Source: Eledone cirrhosa
Lineage: Eukaryota
DNA: 64,000 nt
Assembly (NCBI GenBank): GCA_964016885.1
Contig: OZ024742.1
Coordinates: 18,910,001 to 18,974,000, forward strand
Direction: 5' to 3'
Positions 1 to 14,518 of the stretch are shown piece after piece. A model generated the notes under the pieces. The model was not told where the DNA came from, did no database searches, and saw nothing but the letters and a program-made list of their open reading frames with translations. The first letter of the stretch is position 1. Each line of letters starts with the position of its first letter. The translations under genes were made by a program, and so were the position numbers.

Positions 1-447
1 ATGTTGTTACATCTCATCAGCAATATTTACCTATCTTCCGGCTTCTCTAGAGAATCGTGAAAGCACATATCGTTATATGCTTTTTCTATGAAAATTAGTA
101 GTGGGCAGACCAATTTGCATAGAGCGTGAGTACGTACCGGTTCAACGGAGACGATAAAAACAAATAACGAAACGAAATTAAATTTTGTTTCGTTTGTAAC
201 TCACTTTTGTATGACTGACGCTTAAACAATTAAGTTAAAAATGTACATCCACATATGTATACTGAAATAATAGTATGCATATGAATACACACACGTGTAC
301 ATATGTAGATGTACCGAGTTTTCACTGGTCACTTTACTGTGAGTGTCCAGCTATTCTGTATGTAAACACACAGACAAACCGGTTCTTAGAGTCATACTGG
401 TTTTTGAGGAAACACCTTTCCTCTATTCTCCAGAAAGCCAGACAAGG

Positions 448-1885
448 AATATTGGACTAGTTTCGATGTTGTTACATCTCATCAGCAATATTTACCTATC
501 TTCCGGCTTCTCTAGAGAATCGTGAAAGCACATATCGTTATATGCTTTTTCTATGAAAATTAGTAGTGGGCAGACCAATTTGCATAGAGCGTGAGTACGT
601 ACCGGTTCAACGGAGACGATAAAAACAAATAACGAAACGAAATTAAATTTTGTTTCGTTTGTAACTCACTTGTATGACTGACGCTTAAACAATTAAGTTA
701 AAAATGTACATCCACATATGTATACTGAAATAATAGTATGCATATGAATACACACACGTGTACATATGTAGATGTACCGAGTTTTCACTGGTCACTTTAC
801 TGTGAGTGTCCAGCTATTCTGTATGTAAACACACAGACAAACCGGTTCTTAGAGTCATACTGGTTTTTGAGGAAACACCTTTCCTCTATTCTCCAGAAAG
901 CCAGACAAGGAATATTGGACTAGTTTCGATGTTGTTACATCTCATCAGCAATATTTACCTATCTTCCGGCTTCTCTAGAGAATCGTGAAAGCACATATCG
1001 TTATATGCTTTTTCTATGAAAATTAGTAGTGGGCAGACCAATTTGCATAGAGCGTGAGTACGTACCGGTTCAACGGAGACGATAAAAACAAATAACGAAA
1101 CGAAATTAAATTTTGTTTCGTTTGTAACTCACTTTTGTATGACTGACGCTTAAACAATTAAGTTAAAAATGTACATCCACATATGTATACTGAAATAATA
1201 GTATGCATATGAATACACACACGTGTACATATGTAGATGTACCGAGTTTTCACTGGTCACTTTACTGTGAGTGTCCAGCTATTCTGTATGTAAACACACA
1301 GACAAACCGGTTCTTAGAGTCATACTGGTTTTTGAGGAAACACCTTTCCTCTATTCTCCAGAAAGCCAGACAAGGAATATTGGACTAGTTTCGATGTTGT
1401 TACATCTCATCAGCAATATTTACCTATCTTCCGGCTTCTCTAGAGAATCGTGAAAGCACATATCGTTATATGCTTTTTCTATGAAAATTAGTAGTGGGCA
1501 GACCAATTTGCATAGAGCGTGAGTACGTACCGGTTCAACGGAGACGATAAAAACAAATAACGAAACGAAATTAAATTTTGTTTCGTTTGTAACTCACTTT
1601 TGTATGACTGACGCTTAAACAATTAAGTTAAAAATGTACATCCACATATGTATACTGAAATAATAGTATGCATATGAATACACACACGTGTACATATGTA
1701 GATGTACCGAGTTTTCACTGGTCACTTTACTGTGAGTGTCCAGCTATTCTGTATGTAAACACACAGACAAACCGGTTCTTAGAGTCATACTGGTTTTTGA
1801 GGAAACACCTTTCCTCTATTCTCCAGAAAGCCAGACAAGGAATATTGGACTAGTTTCGATGTTGTTACATCTCATCAGCAATATT
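448..1885 (-). ncRNA. Four minimal type I hammerhead ribozymes (448-492, 911-955, 1376-1420, 1841-1885; partial copy at 1-27)
   Basis: Minus strand reads AATATTG-CTGATGA-GATGT(AACA)ACATC-GAAA-CTAG-TC-CAATATT: 7-bp stem I, canonical core, 5-bp stem II, palindromic CTAG stem III, GUC site. Confidence 0.92.
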
Positions 1886-2340
1886 TACCTATCTTCCGGC
1901 TTCTCTAGAGAATCGTGAAAGCACATATCGTTATATGCTTTTTCTATGAAAATTAGTAGTGGGCAGACCAATTTGCATAGAGCGTGAGTACGTACCGGTT
2001 CAACGGAGACGATAAAAACAAATAACGAAACGAAATTAAATTTTGTTTCGTTTGTAACTCACTTGTATGACTGACGCTTAAACAATTAAGTTAAAAATGT
2101 ACATCCACATATGTATACTGAAATAATAGTATGCATATGAATACACACACGTGTACATATGTAGATGTACCGAGTTTTCACTGGTCACTTTACTGTGAGT
2201 GTCCAGCTATTCTGTATGTTCAACGAACCGGTACGTACTCACGCTCTATGCAAATTGGTCTGCCCACTACTAATTTTCATAGAAAAAGCATATAACGATA
2301 TGTGCTTTCACGATTCTCTAGAGAAGCCGGAAGATAGGTA

Positions 2341-4245
2341 AATATTGCTGATGAGATGTAACAACATCGAAACTAGTCCAATATTCCTTGTCTGGCTTTC
2401 TGGAGAATAGAGGAAAGGTGTTTCCTCAAAAACCAGTATGACTCTAAGAACCGGTTTGTCTGTGTGTTTACATACAGAATAGCTGGACACTCACAGTAAA
2501 GTGACCAGTGAAAACTCGGTACATCTACATATGTACACGTGTGTGTATTCATATGCATACTATTATTTCAGTATACATATGTGGATGTACATTTTTAACT
2601 TAATTGTTTAAGCGTCAGTCATACAAAAGTGAGTTACAAACGAAACAAAATTTAATTTCGTTTCGTTATTTGTTTTTATCGTCTCCGTTGAACCGGTACG
2701 TACTCACGCTCTATGCAAATTGGTCTGCCCACTACTAATTTTCATAGAAAAAGCATATAACGATATGTGCTTTCACGATTCTCTAGAGAAGCCGGAAGAT
2801 AGGTAAATATTGCTGATGAGATGTAACAACATCGAAACTAGTCCAATATTCCTTGTCTGGCTTTCTGGAGAATAGAGGAAAGGTGTTTCCTCAAAAACCA
2901 GTATGACTCTAAGAACCGGTTTGCCTGTGTGTTTACATACAGAATAGCTGGACACTCACAGTAAAGTGACCAGTGAAAACTCGGTACATCTACATATGTA
3001 CACGTGTGTGTATTCATATGCATACTATTATTTCAGTATACATATGTGGATGTACATTTTTAACTTAATTGTTTAAGCGTCAGTCATACAAAAGTGAGTT
3101 ACAAACGAAACAAAATTTAATTTCGTTTCGTTATTTGTTTTTATCGTCTCCGTTGAACCGGTACGTACTCACGCTCTATGCAAATTGGTCTGCCCACTAC
3201 TAATTTTCATAGAAAAAGCATATAACGATATGTGCTTTCACGATTCTCTAGAGAAGCCGGAAGATAGGTAAATATTGCTGATGAGATGTAACAACATCGA
3301 AACTAGTCCAATATTCCTTGTCTGGCTTTCTGGAGAATAGAGGAAAGGTGTTTCCTCAAAAACCAGTATGACTCTAAGAACCGGTTTGTCTGTGTGTTTA
3401 CATACAGAATAGCTGGACACTCACAGTAAAGTGACCAGTGAAAACTCGGTACATCTACATATGTACACGTGTGTGTATTCATATGCATACTATTATTTCA
3501 GTATACATATGTGGATGTACATTTTTAACTTAATTGTTTAAGCGTCAGTCATACAAAAGTGAGTTACAAACGAAACAAAATTTAATTTCGTTTCGTTATT
3601 TGTTTTTATCGTCTCCGTTGAACCGGTACGTACTCACGCTCTATGCAAATTGGTCTGCCCACTACTAATTTTCATAGAAAAAGCATATAACGATATGTGC
3701 TTTCACGATTCTCTAGAGAAGCCGGAAGATAGGTAAATATTGCTGATGAGATGTAACAACATCGAAACTAGTCCAATATTCCTTGTCGGGCTTTCTGGAG
3801 AATAGAGGAAAGGTGTTTCCTCAAAAACCAGTATGACTCTAAGAACCGGTTTGTCTGTGTGTTTACATACAGAATAGCTGGACACTCACAGTAAAGTGAC
3901 CAGTGAAAACTCGGTACATCTACATATGTACACGTGTGTGTATTCATATGCATACTATTATTTCAGTATACATATGTGGATGTACATTTTTAACTTAATT
4001 GTTTAAGCGTCAGTCATACAAAAGTGAGTTACAAACGAAACAAAATTTAATTTCGTTTCGTTATTTGTTTTTATCGTCTCCGTTGAACCGGTACGTACTC
4101 ACGCTCTATGCAAATTGGTCTGCCCACTACTAATTTTCATAGAAAAAGCATATAACGATATGTGCTTTCACGATTCTCTAGAGAAGCCGGAAGATAGGTA
4201 AATATTGCTGATGAGATGTAACAACATCGAAACTAGTCCAATATT
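2341..4245 (+). ncRNA. Five minimal type I hammerhead ribozymes (2341-2385, 2806-2850, 3271-3315, 3736-3780, 4201-4245)
   Basis: The same motif on the plus strand; predicted cleavage after GTC (after 2378 in the first copy). Confidence 0.92.
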
Positions 4246-4468
4246 CCTTGTCTGGCTTTCTGGAGAATAGAGGAAAGGTGTTTCCTCAAAAACCAGTATG
4301 ACTCTAAGAACCGGTTTGTCTGTGTGTTTACATACAGAATAGCTGGACACTCACAGTAAAGTGACCAGTGAAAACTCGGTACATCTACATATGTACACGT
4401 GTGTGTATTCATATGCATACTATTATTTCAGTATACATATGTGGATGTACATTTTTAACTTAATTGTT

Positions 4469-4570
<102 letters not shown>

Positions 4571-4600
4571 TATATATACACACACACATATATATACACA

Positions 4601-4716
4601 TAATTATTAAGGTCAGTTGTTGCTACAACGGTGCTATACCAGGTACGTACGTTTCGTTGGTCCTGAAATATATGTACCTGGTATGGTGCCGTTATATTAA
4701 CTGGCGTTAATAATTA
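4601..4716. repeat. Imperfect ~116-bp foldback (MITE-like or hairpin)
   Basis: TAATTATTAAGGTCAGTT pairs with AACTGGCGTTAATAATTA; AACGGTGCTATACCAGGTAC pairs with GTACCTGGTATGGTGCCGTT. Confidence 0.6.
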
Positions 4717-5384
4717 TATGCAAATTCGTTCTACGGACTTGAGTTGCTCTGTACCTTTGATTTTCCCCTACTTATTGCTGCTGCTACTGCTTCCACTACT
4801 ACCACCACCACCACAACCACCACCACCACCACCATCACCACCACTACTACTACTACTACTACATATTGCGTGTGTGCGTGTGCATGTGCATGTGTTTATA
4901 CATTATCAGAGCACTGAGTGTTTTGAAATTCTTTGAAAATTTCAGTGTGGAGCTCGGACTCCGCCAAGTATGAATCTCAAATACAGAAACAAAGTAGAAC
5001 ATTAGTTAATCGCTATGAATAATAGTTTAGAACATTTCTTTCTGAGGCATGAAAAGCAAAAGTCGTCAAAGGGCGGAGGATAGAAGTTTTCTACTATCCA
5101 CTACATTTAATTAAGTTTATTTAATTTACACAAGCTGTGTTGGATACAATTGCACTATTTTATGCCAATAGTTTCGATGGACATCATCATTACAACAGTC
5201 AATTATATCCCCCTCATTATTATCATCTTCATTAGCTACAACTAAAACCATCATTATTATCCTAAATTAAATAAACTCTACGGAATTAATGTAATTATAG
5301 AGTAACTAAGTTAATACATATAATTCCCCTCAATTATGTAGAATAGAAAAGCTACAATATTGCTGTTAACATATAATAATATAA

Positions 5385-6520
5385 TTGTTTCTACTTTTTG
5401 GCACAAGGCCAGCAATTACCAGTGCATTACTGGTACTTTATTTATCGACCCCGTAAGGATGAAAGACAAAGTTAACCTCGGCGGGATTTGAACTCAGAAT
5501 GGCAAGGGCCGTAACTCTATGCGTCAAAGCATGGCGTCCGACCCTCTACCCATACTGCCAATCCAACGCGCTAACATATAATAATATAATAGTGTATAAA
5601 ATATGGCATTAAATGAAAATCTTTATCTCTTCAACAACAATCAGATTCTAAGCAACAGACTTAGAAAGGAAAAACATGTTTAATGCCTTGTGATAATTCT
5701 TACAATTGTGGAGACCGTTGGTGTCCTTGGCCCTAGGACCATCTCCCTACTCACTCCTATCGACACGGAGTTGGCTACCCGCAAGTGTGAGACTCACAAT
5801 CTGGAATGGCTCTTCCAACGCGCCTCCCTAACCATCCACCGGGGAAACATCTTGTCTATTCTGCCAGACTCACGAGGCAGCCAGCGCGTGGGTTCCCATT
5901 TGCTTACAATAGTGAGGGATGGGGAGAGCGAAAGAGACAGGGGAAGTGTCTACTGTAGCTGTTACCAATACTATTGCTACTCTAGTTATTGCTGTAACAA
6001 TTATTCCTGTTATGTTTGGTTTCAAATATATAAATAATTACAATAACAGTTTATTGACAGCAAAGTCTGAGCAAAATACAAAGATTTCACTTTAAGATTT
6101 CTTTTACATTATTACGATCTGAGTTCAAATCCCGCCGAGGTTGACTTTGCCTTTCATACTTACGGGGTCGATAAAATAAAGTACCAGTATTGCACTGGGT
6201 AATTGCTGGCCTTGTGCCTAAAGTAGAAACAATTATTATAACTGTTACGAACATGTCTTTTGTGGTTGACTAATTAATAGCGAACGAGGTTTGTTTATAT
6301 TATACATAATGGTTTCTAATTTAGGCACAAGACCAACGATTTGGGGGTGAGAGGAAAGGCGATTAAATCAACCCCAGTGCGTACTTTATTTTACCGAGCC
6401 TGCAAGGATGAAAGGCAAAGGTAACCTCGGCGGGATTTGAGCTCAGAACGTAAAGGGCCGTAACTATATGTCACAGAGCATGTTGTTCGATGCTCTACCG
6501 ATACTTCCAGTCCACCACTC
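5385..6520. mobile_element. Three copies of a tRNA-derived SINE (5385-5575 -, 6115-6235 +, 6311-6520 -)
   Basis: Shared body GAGTTCAAATCCCGCCGAGGTT..CTTTGCCTTTCATCC..CGGGGTCGATAAAATAAAGTACCAGT with a B-box-like GTTCAAATCC; recurs across the window. Confidence 0.8.
5700..5945 (+). mobile_element. 3' end of a CRE-like (restriction-like endonuclease) non-LTR retrotransposon
   Basis: Peptide IVETVGVLGPRT...WLFQRASLTIHRGNILSIL resembles the ET.G..GP...LFQR.S....RGN C-terminus of CRE-type elements (recognised from memory); second copy at 55940. Confidence 0.6.
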
Positions 6521-7901
6521 ACAAATTAAATCTTATGTATAATGATGTTAATGTAAATATGTCTATAATTACAGCCACAATAAACCGCTTTTGGATAAAT
6601 CTAAAATTATTGTCAAATATATTTTAATATAATTTAATTAGAAAAATATGTTTACATTAAATTTTCTCATACGCACATTTGAGTTTGGAGCCTGTGAGTG
6701 ATTATATATCAAATACTCTATCTAGTGTTTTTTCCTAAGATTTGTGTGTGCAGCCACTGAATGCCCCATCTGACACTGCACTTTTTGTTTCTAATAATAT
6801 GCAATGAATAATATGCAACAAATAACCAGCTATTATTCTTAAATATTTTCCTATTTTCTCTATGACCTTATTCTTCCTGAATTGTAGCGTTTCACTTGAA
6901 TACAATAAATCAAATTGTTTTTCGTTCGATAACCTATCGATTATAGAAGTGAAACGACTGAATGAATATGATATTGAATTAACAGTTCGTAAATCTCTAG
7001 CTTAAATGCAGTACAAGTGATTCCTTATCCAGTTGAGTAGTACCGTTGTTACTGCACGCCTCAATTCATCTATATGCCAGTAATAGCTATCAGATCATCT
7101 GGGAATGGTAACACGGTCCAAACTTGATCTACTGTATCGAGAAAAATGCTAAATGGAGATTATGAAAAAATCAAAAATCAAATATCAAAAATGAATCTTC
7201 TGTAAAACCATTGAACATATATAAAGTTATATTGACCTCCGTCGGTTTCGACGATATGTGTTCCAGTTGTTCAATCAACTTTGTGACCCAATCCTAAAAA
7301 CTCACGTGTAAGTGGCTGAGTATTCCACAGATACGTGTATCCTTAAGGCAAATTCTACGGGAGATTCAGTGTAAGCAGTGTATGACAAGGCTTCTTCTTC
7401 GCCCACCTATTCCTGAGAGGGTCGTGGGGAGCAGCGTGTCCTGTCAGAAGCAACTATTTCCAGCTGATCCGGCTGGATTCCCAAGCGAGACCAGCCAAAC
7501 TCAAGGATGTTATGACAGTCCATGTTTCCATCTACCCAATTTCCTTTTATCTGTTATATATAAACATATTATGTCAGCTATATTCTACAGACAGAAGTTA
7601 TACAATGATGGAAATATTTTGTTATCTGTTATACATAAACATATTATGTCAACTATATTTTATAGACTGAAGTGATGGAAATAATTAAAAATAGGAGAAA
7701 AGCAAAATTAAGTAATGAAAAAAAGGAGGAAGGGGTAAAGAAGGGTAAATCTGGCTATGGGTCGATCCTAGGCTATGATAAATGTTATTTACACAGGATT
7801 CCACACAGATGGATTTCCGATTTAGGCACAAAGCCAACAATTTGGCAAGGAGGGGATAGTCCATTAAACCGATCCCAATATATTATATATATATATATAT
7901 A

Positions 7902-8849
7902 CTAGCAGTAAAGCCCGGCGTTGCTCGGGGTCGCTCAGTAGCTGTGTTAAAGTTACAATGTTAAGTTTCTTTCTTGGCTTAAAAACTGTAGTGTCTACTG
8001 TGCAGACTTGCATGTGGTGTTTTTGATTAATATTCCCTTAACCAACAATATGCCTTATGAAGTTAAGAAAACATAACGATAACCCGAATGTTATAACAAA
8101 AGAGGATGCTGGGGATAGAAACTGCACTGGTTATTTATTAACAAAGATCGAAAATGTAAACACTGCAACGCAGAGAAAAACATTAGCGTAACCAAATTAT
8201 CAGTTATGTCTGTCTGCACGCCTATATCACCTCTCTGCACGACTGTCTGTCTGCACGCCTATATCACCTCTCTGCACGACTGTCTGTCTGCACGCCTATA
8301 TCACCTCTCTGCACGACTGTCTGTCTGCACGCGTATATCACCTCTCTGCACGACTGTCTGTCTGCACGACTGTCTGTCTGCACGCCTAACGACGAAATAT
8401 TTGCTTCTTTTACGTAGTCTTTAAATAGACTTGTTTTCAAGTAAAAATATTGTTTTAAAATGCTTTTAAATGGAAATGAAGCAAAACGGAAGCTTAGTGT
8501 TCGAACTGATGAATTTTGCAGGTCAATATTTTGCTGGCTCGACAACTGTTCGTGTATTGTGTTAATGTCATTTTAAACGCTGAGAAAGCCAGCGTAATTT
8601 TTTACGTAAGACGCTCAATGTAAACAGAACAAAGAGAAATAACGGATAACTTACGCTCAAAAATCGATACATTATATTCGATTTCGTCACATAGGGTGGG
8701 TCAATTTGAAATATTGTTTTTCCGATGTCTTCGCTAGGGCTCAATGTACAAGTATAGCAATTTCGGTGCAATTCAGTTAGAGATTCTAAGAGGAGATGTG
8801 TGCCAAAAATCGATAGACAGACAGACAACCACAGTTTTATATATATAGA
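7902..8849 (-). mobile_element. Non-autonomous Helitron
   Basis: Minus strand starts TC (8849-8848) and ends in hairpin CCCGAGCAACGCCGGG followed by CTAG (7905-7902); inserted between A and T with no TSD. Confidence 0.8.
8207..8388. repeat. 37-bp minisatellite (~4.5 copies) inside the Helitron
   Basis: Unit TGTCTGTCTGCACGCCTATATCACCTCTCTGCACGAC starts at 8207, 8244, 8281 and 8318. Confidence 0.9.
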
Positions 8850-9086
8850 TTATATATATATATATATATATATAAATTATATATATATATATATATTATA
8901 TATATATATCTATTTATTATATATATATATATTTATATATATATATATTTATATATATATATGTATATATTATACATATATATATCATATATATTATATA
9001 TATATATATATTATATATATACATATTTATATATATATATTTATATATTTATATATATATATATTTATATATATATATGTATATAT

Positions 9087-9173
<87 letters not shown>

Positions 9174-9262
9174 ATATAATATATATATATATATATTATA
9201 TATATACATATTTATATATATATATTTATATATTTATATATATATATATTTATATATATATA

Positions 9263-9403
<141 letters not shown>

Positions 9404-9605
9404 ATATTATATATATATAATATATATATATATATATAATATATATATATATATATAATATATATATATTATATATATATATTATATATATATATTTATT
9501 GTATATATATATATTATATATATATATATATTGAATATATATATATTATATATATATATATATTATATATATATATAATATATATATATATATTATATAT
9601 AAATA

Positions 9606-9650
<45 letters not shown>

Positions 9651-9964
9651 AATGTATATATATTATATATATATATTATATATATATTATATATATATAT
9701 ATTATATATATTATATATATTATATATATATATATTATATATATTATATATATATTATATATATAATATATATAATATATATATAATATATATAATATAT
9801 ATATTATATATATTATATATATTATATATATATTATATATATTATATATATAATATATATATAATATATATAATATATATATATATAATATATATATAAT
9901 ATATATAATATATATATATATAATATATATATAATATATATATATAATATATATACATTATATA

Positions 9965-10164
9965 NNNNNNNNNNNNNNNNNNNNNNNNNNNNNNNNNNNN
10001 NNNNNNNNNNNNNNNNNNNNNNNNNNNNNNNNNNNNNNNNNNNNNNNNNNNNNNNNNNNNNNNNNNNNNNNNNNNNNNNNNNNNNNNNNNNNNNNNNNNN
10101 NNNNNNNNNNNNNNNNNNNNNNNNNNNNNNNNNNNNNNNNNNNNNNNNNNNNNNNNNNNNNNNN
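9965..10164. other. Assembly gap (200 N)
   Basis: Run of N following a long degenerate (TA)n tract. Confidence 1.
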
Positions 10165-10409
10165 AAATAAAAATAAAATAAAGTATTACATCGGTAGTAG
10201 CATATAAATTATATGTTAACTAAATTAAAAATTATATATTTATTTCAATAGTATACGTTAATTAGTATATGTTAATTAGGTATACAATACATAAAGCAGA
10301 TATTGTATTTCATCAATAGCATAATATAATTATATGCAAATAGAAATCAAAATTAATACGCATACATATACATATACATACACATACACATATACATACA
10401 TATACACAC

Positions 10410-10442
<33 letters not shown>

Positions 10443-11223
10443 CATATATAGACATATATACATACATACAGATACACATACACAACACACACATATACAT
10501 ACACATATACATATACATATCTTTTTCAAAAAATTGCACAGAATATATTAACTAGGTATACATCCAAAACACATCCCATTCTATGATTACATGACATTCT
10601 GCAATTCGTCTGTATAAGGATACTAATTTTAAGCAAATTAAAATTAAAGTTTTAGGTTGAATAAAACTAAAACCAAATAATAAATATATTTCCAAAATGT
10701 ATATTAATTAGGTCTATAATACTAAAAATTATTTCTCCGTCATTGGATACATGATATTATTTTGTTATATTTTATCTGTAAAAGAATTATAATAAAAGGT
10801 TTAAATAAATTAAAATTAATCTATAAATTAAATTACTAAGTATATATTAGTAATATTTAAAGGTTTTTCACAATTTATGATTACATAATATTTTCTCATC
10901 TGTAATAAAATATTAATTAAATTAAATTTATAGGTTAACTAACATTTAAATTAAATTAATTTCTAGAATAATGTTATTAATTAGGTTTATAATATTTAAA
11001 TGTTTTTTTTAGTTTATGATTACACGATATAATTAATTCCTGTCGTTTATTTAATAAGATATCCTTAGACTTCATTATTTCAAATAGTTCTTGGGAACAT
11101 AATCTACATTCCTTTCTATTATTTTGATAAGGGGTGGCTCTTTTGAGCACACTCCAGGTCAAATCATATTTTATATTCTTATTTTTATAACTATTGATTT
11201 TTTCTGCTAGAGATGTTGTATTA
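10165..11223 (-). mobile_element. Inverted partial copy of the adjacent Penelope-like element
   Basis: Reverse complement of 11474-12532 (1059 bp); truncated by the gap. Confidence 0.9.
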
Positions 11224-11720
11224 TGTTGTACTATTTGAACCCAGTACATCAAATTAACAATAATATCTCCTCAAATACAGAATTAACGAAAGGATGTAAC
11301 TGTAGAAACAAAATAAACTGCCCATTAAAAGGGAATTGTCTTGTTAACAACATAGTCTATAAATGTAATGTTAAAACTAAAGATTCTATTTGCTCATATA
11401 TAGGAGCTACCTCTAACAATTTTAAGACAAGGTTTAATACCCACAAGCATAGTTTTAAAAATGCCGCACTGGCTAATACAACATCTCTAGCAGAAAAAAT
11501 CAATAGTTATAAAAATAAGAATATAAAATATGATTTGACCTGGAGTGTGCTCAAAAGAGCCACCCCTTATCAAAATAATAGAAAGGAATGTAGATTATGT
11601 TCCCAAGAACTATTTGAAATAATGAAGTCTAAGGATATCTTATTAAATAAACGACAGGAATTAATTATATCGTGTAATCATAAACTAAAAAAAACATTTA
11701 AATATTATAAACCTAATTAA
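11223..11720 (+). pseudogene. C-terminal GIY-YIG endonuclease fragment of a Penelope-like element
   Basis: CNCRNKINCPLKGNC knuckle, NIVY...YIG motif, FKTRF..H, CRLCSQE and LLNKRQEL..C.H. Confidence 0.9.
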
Positions 11721-12254
11721 TAACATTATTCTAGAAATTAATTTAATTTAAATGTTAGTTAACCTATAAATTTAATTTAATTAATATTTTATTACAGATG
11801 AGAAAATATTATGTAATCATAAATTGTGAAAAACCTTTAAATATTACTAATATATACTTAGTAATTTAATTTATAGATTAATTTTAATTTATTTAAACCT
11901 TTTATTATAATTCTTTTACAGATAAAATATAACAAAATAATATCATGTATCCAATGACGGAGAAATAATTTTTAGTATTATAGACCTAATTAATATACAT
12001 TTTGGAAATATATTTATTATTTGGTTTTAGTTTTATTCAACCTAAAACTTTAATTTTAATTTGCTTAAAATTAGTATCCTTATACAGACGAATTGCAGAA
12101 TGTCATGTAATCATAGAATGGGATGTGTTTTGGATGTATACCTAGTTAATATATTCTGTGCAATTTTTTGAAAAAGATATGTATATGTATATGTGTATGT
12201 ATATGTGTGTGTTGTGTATGTGTATCTGTATGTATGTATATATGTCTATATATG

Positions 12255-12287
<33 letters not shown>

Positions 12288-13441
12288 GTGTGTATATGTA
12301 TGTATATGTGTATGTGTATGTATATGTATATGTATGCGTATTAATTTTGATTTCTATTTGCATATAATTATATTATGCTATTGATGAAATACAATATCTG
12401 CTTTATGTATTGTATACCTAATTAACATATACTAATTAACGTATACTATTGAAATAAATATATAATTTTTAATTTAGTTAACATATAATTTATATGCTAC
12501 TACCGATGTAATACTTTATTTTATTTTTATTTGGGTTTCTTTTCCCTATTACTAAATTCATCTCCTAATATTGATACCATAACGTTATTAACTTTAATTT
12601 AGTTATAATGTAATTAATAATCTACTACTGTTTGACTTCAAAATTCTGCTTCAAATATTATAAACCTAACTAATTTACACCTTAGAAATCAATATGTTGA
12701 CTATCTTTGGTTTAGTTAACATATGATTAATGGTATACTTATTTATTTTGAGATGCATAGATTTCGTATTTCCTAGCACTGAAAATATGTAAGAACATAC
12801 ATTGAATTAAGATACGGAAAATATTATATGTTTCTTGAAACATATATTTACTTTGATCCCCTTCTCCAAACCCCCCCTTTCCCCCATACTATTATCATCT
12901 GTATTTGTAAGCGTCTATGTATGAATATATATGTAGGTAGGTGTCTATATAGGTTTGGGTATTTATATCTAAATATAAAAATACATATATGAGCATGCAA
13001 ATATGAATGTAAGATTGTGTGTGTATATATGATTGTACATACATATGTATGTATATATATGTATATATATGCATTATATATGTATGTGTATGTGAATGTG
13101 TTGTATGTATATGTGTATGTATGTGTATATATGTGTATGTATGTATATGCTTGTATATATAGGAATATATATATGTGTATATATGTATGTATATGTATAT
13201 GCGTGTATGTATGTATGTGTATGTGTGTTGTGTATATATATGTATGTCTCTCTATTTATATGTTTATCTTCGTATCTATGTGATATATGTGTGTGTGTGT
13301 GCACGTATGCATATGTATGTGTTTGTGTGTGTTTGTATGTGTGTGTGTATATATGTGTATGTGCGCACACACACATACACATATATATATATATATGTGA
13401 GTGTGTATGTGTGTCTGTGCGTGTGTGTGTGTGTGTATGTT

Positions 13442-13483
<42 letters not shown>

Positions 13484-13598
13484 GATATATATATATATAT
13501 ATATATAGGTGTCTATGTGTGAATATATGTCTTTATTCGTATGTGTGTATTTATGTATGTATATATTTATGTGTATGTATGTATGTGTATGTATGTAT

Positions 13599-13630
<32 letters not shown>

Positions 13631-13919
13631 GTATATATATATATGTATATTATTCTTTATTATTATAATATAACTTATGTGTATATGTGTATAAGTGAGG
13701 TTGTGTATGTATATATAATGTGTGTATATATAAGAGTAATAAAATATATATATATATATATATGTGCATGTCTGTTTTTTATGTGTGTGTATATATATGT
13801 ATATATGTATATATATATATATATATATATACGTGTGTGTATATAGATATATATATATATATACATGTGGGTGTTTGTATGTGTATTTATGGTGGTATGA
13901 GTGTGTGGATATATATGTT

Positions 13920-13951
<32 letters not shown>

Positions 13952-13957
13952 AGTCTA

Positions 13958-14010
<53 letters not shown>

Positions 14011-14326
14011 ATATATGTGTGTGTATGTATATATATATGTGTATGTATGTGTGTATATATATATATCTCTATTAATGCGTGTGTGTATGTATATACATAT
14101 GCCTTTTTATTATTATTTTTATTTGTATGTCTGAGTTTGGTGAGGTTGTATTGTTTTTTATGTATATACACATATATGGAAGCGTATGTATTTATATATA
14201 TGAGTATAAGTAGGTGCATATGTATGTATGATTATATATCTAATTCTATGTATGAAGGTACATCTATATATATATATATACGTGTGTATGTAAGTTGTGT
14301 GTGTTTGTATCTATATGTCTATGTGA

Positions 14327-14376
<50 letters not shown>

Positions 14377-14465
14377 CGATGTGCGTATATGTATGTACAT
14401 GTATGTACATGTATGTGTGTATGTATGTGTATGTATATTTAGATGTATGTGTATGTATATGTATA

Positions 14466-14518
<53 letters not shown>

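Noticed and set aside
275-4418. Repeated 60/61-aa ORFs in the array as a tandem gene family
   Set aside because: No recognisable motifs, the ORFs lie antisense to the ribozyme, and the frames are altered in the diverged monomer.
5145-5200. Minus-strand ATGATGA...GAAACTATT/AATAG hammerhead-like motif
   Set aside because: Core C3 is missing, G occupies the cleavage position, and stems I and II are unconvincing.
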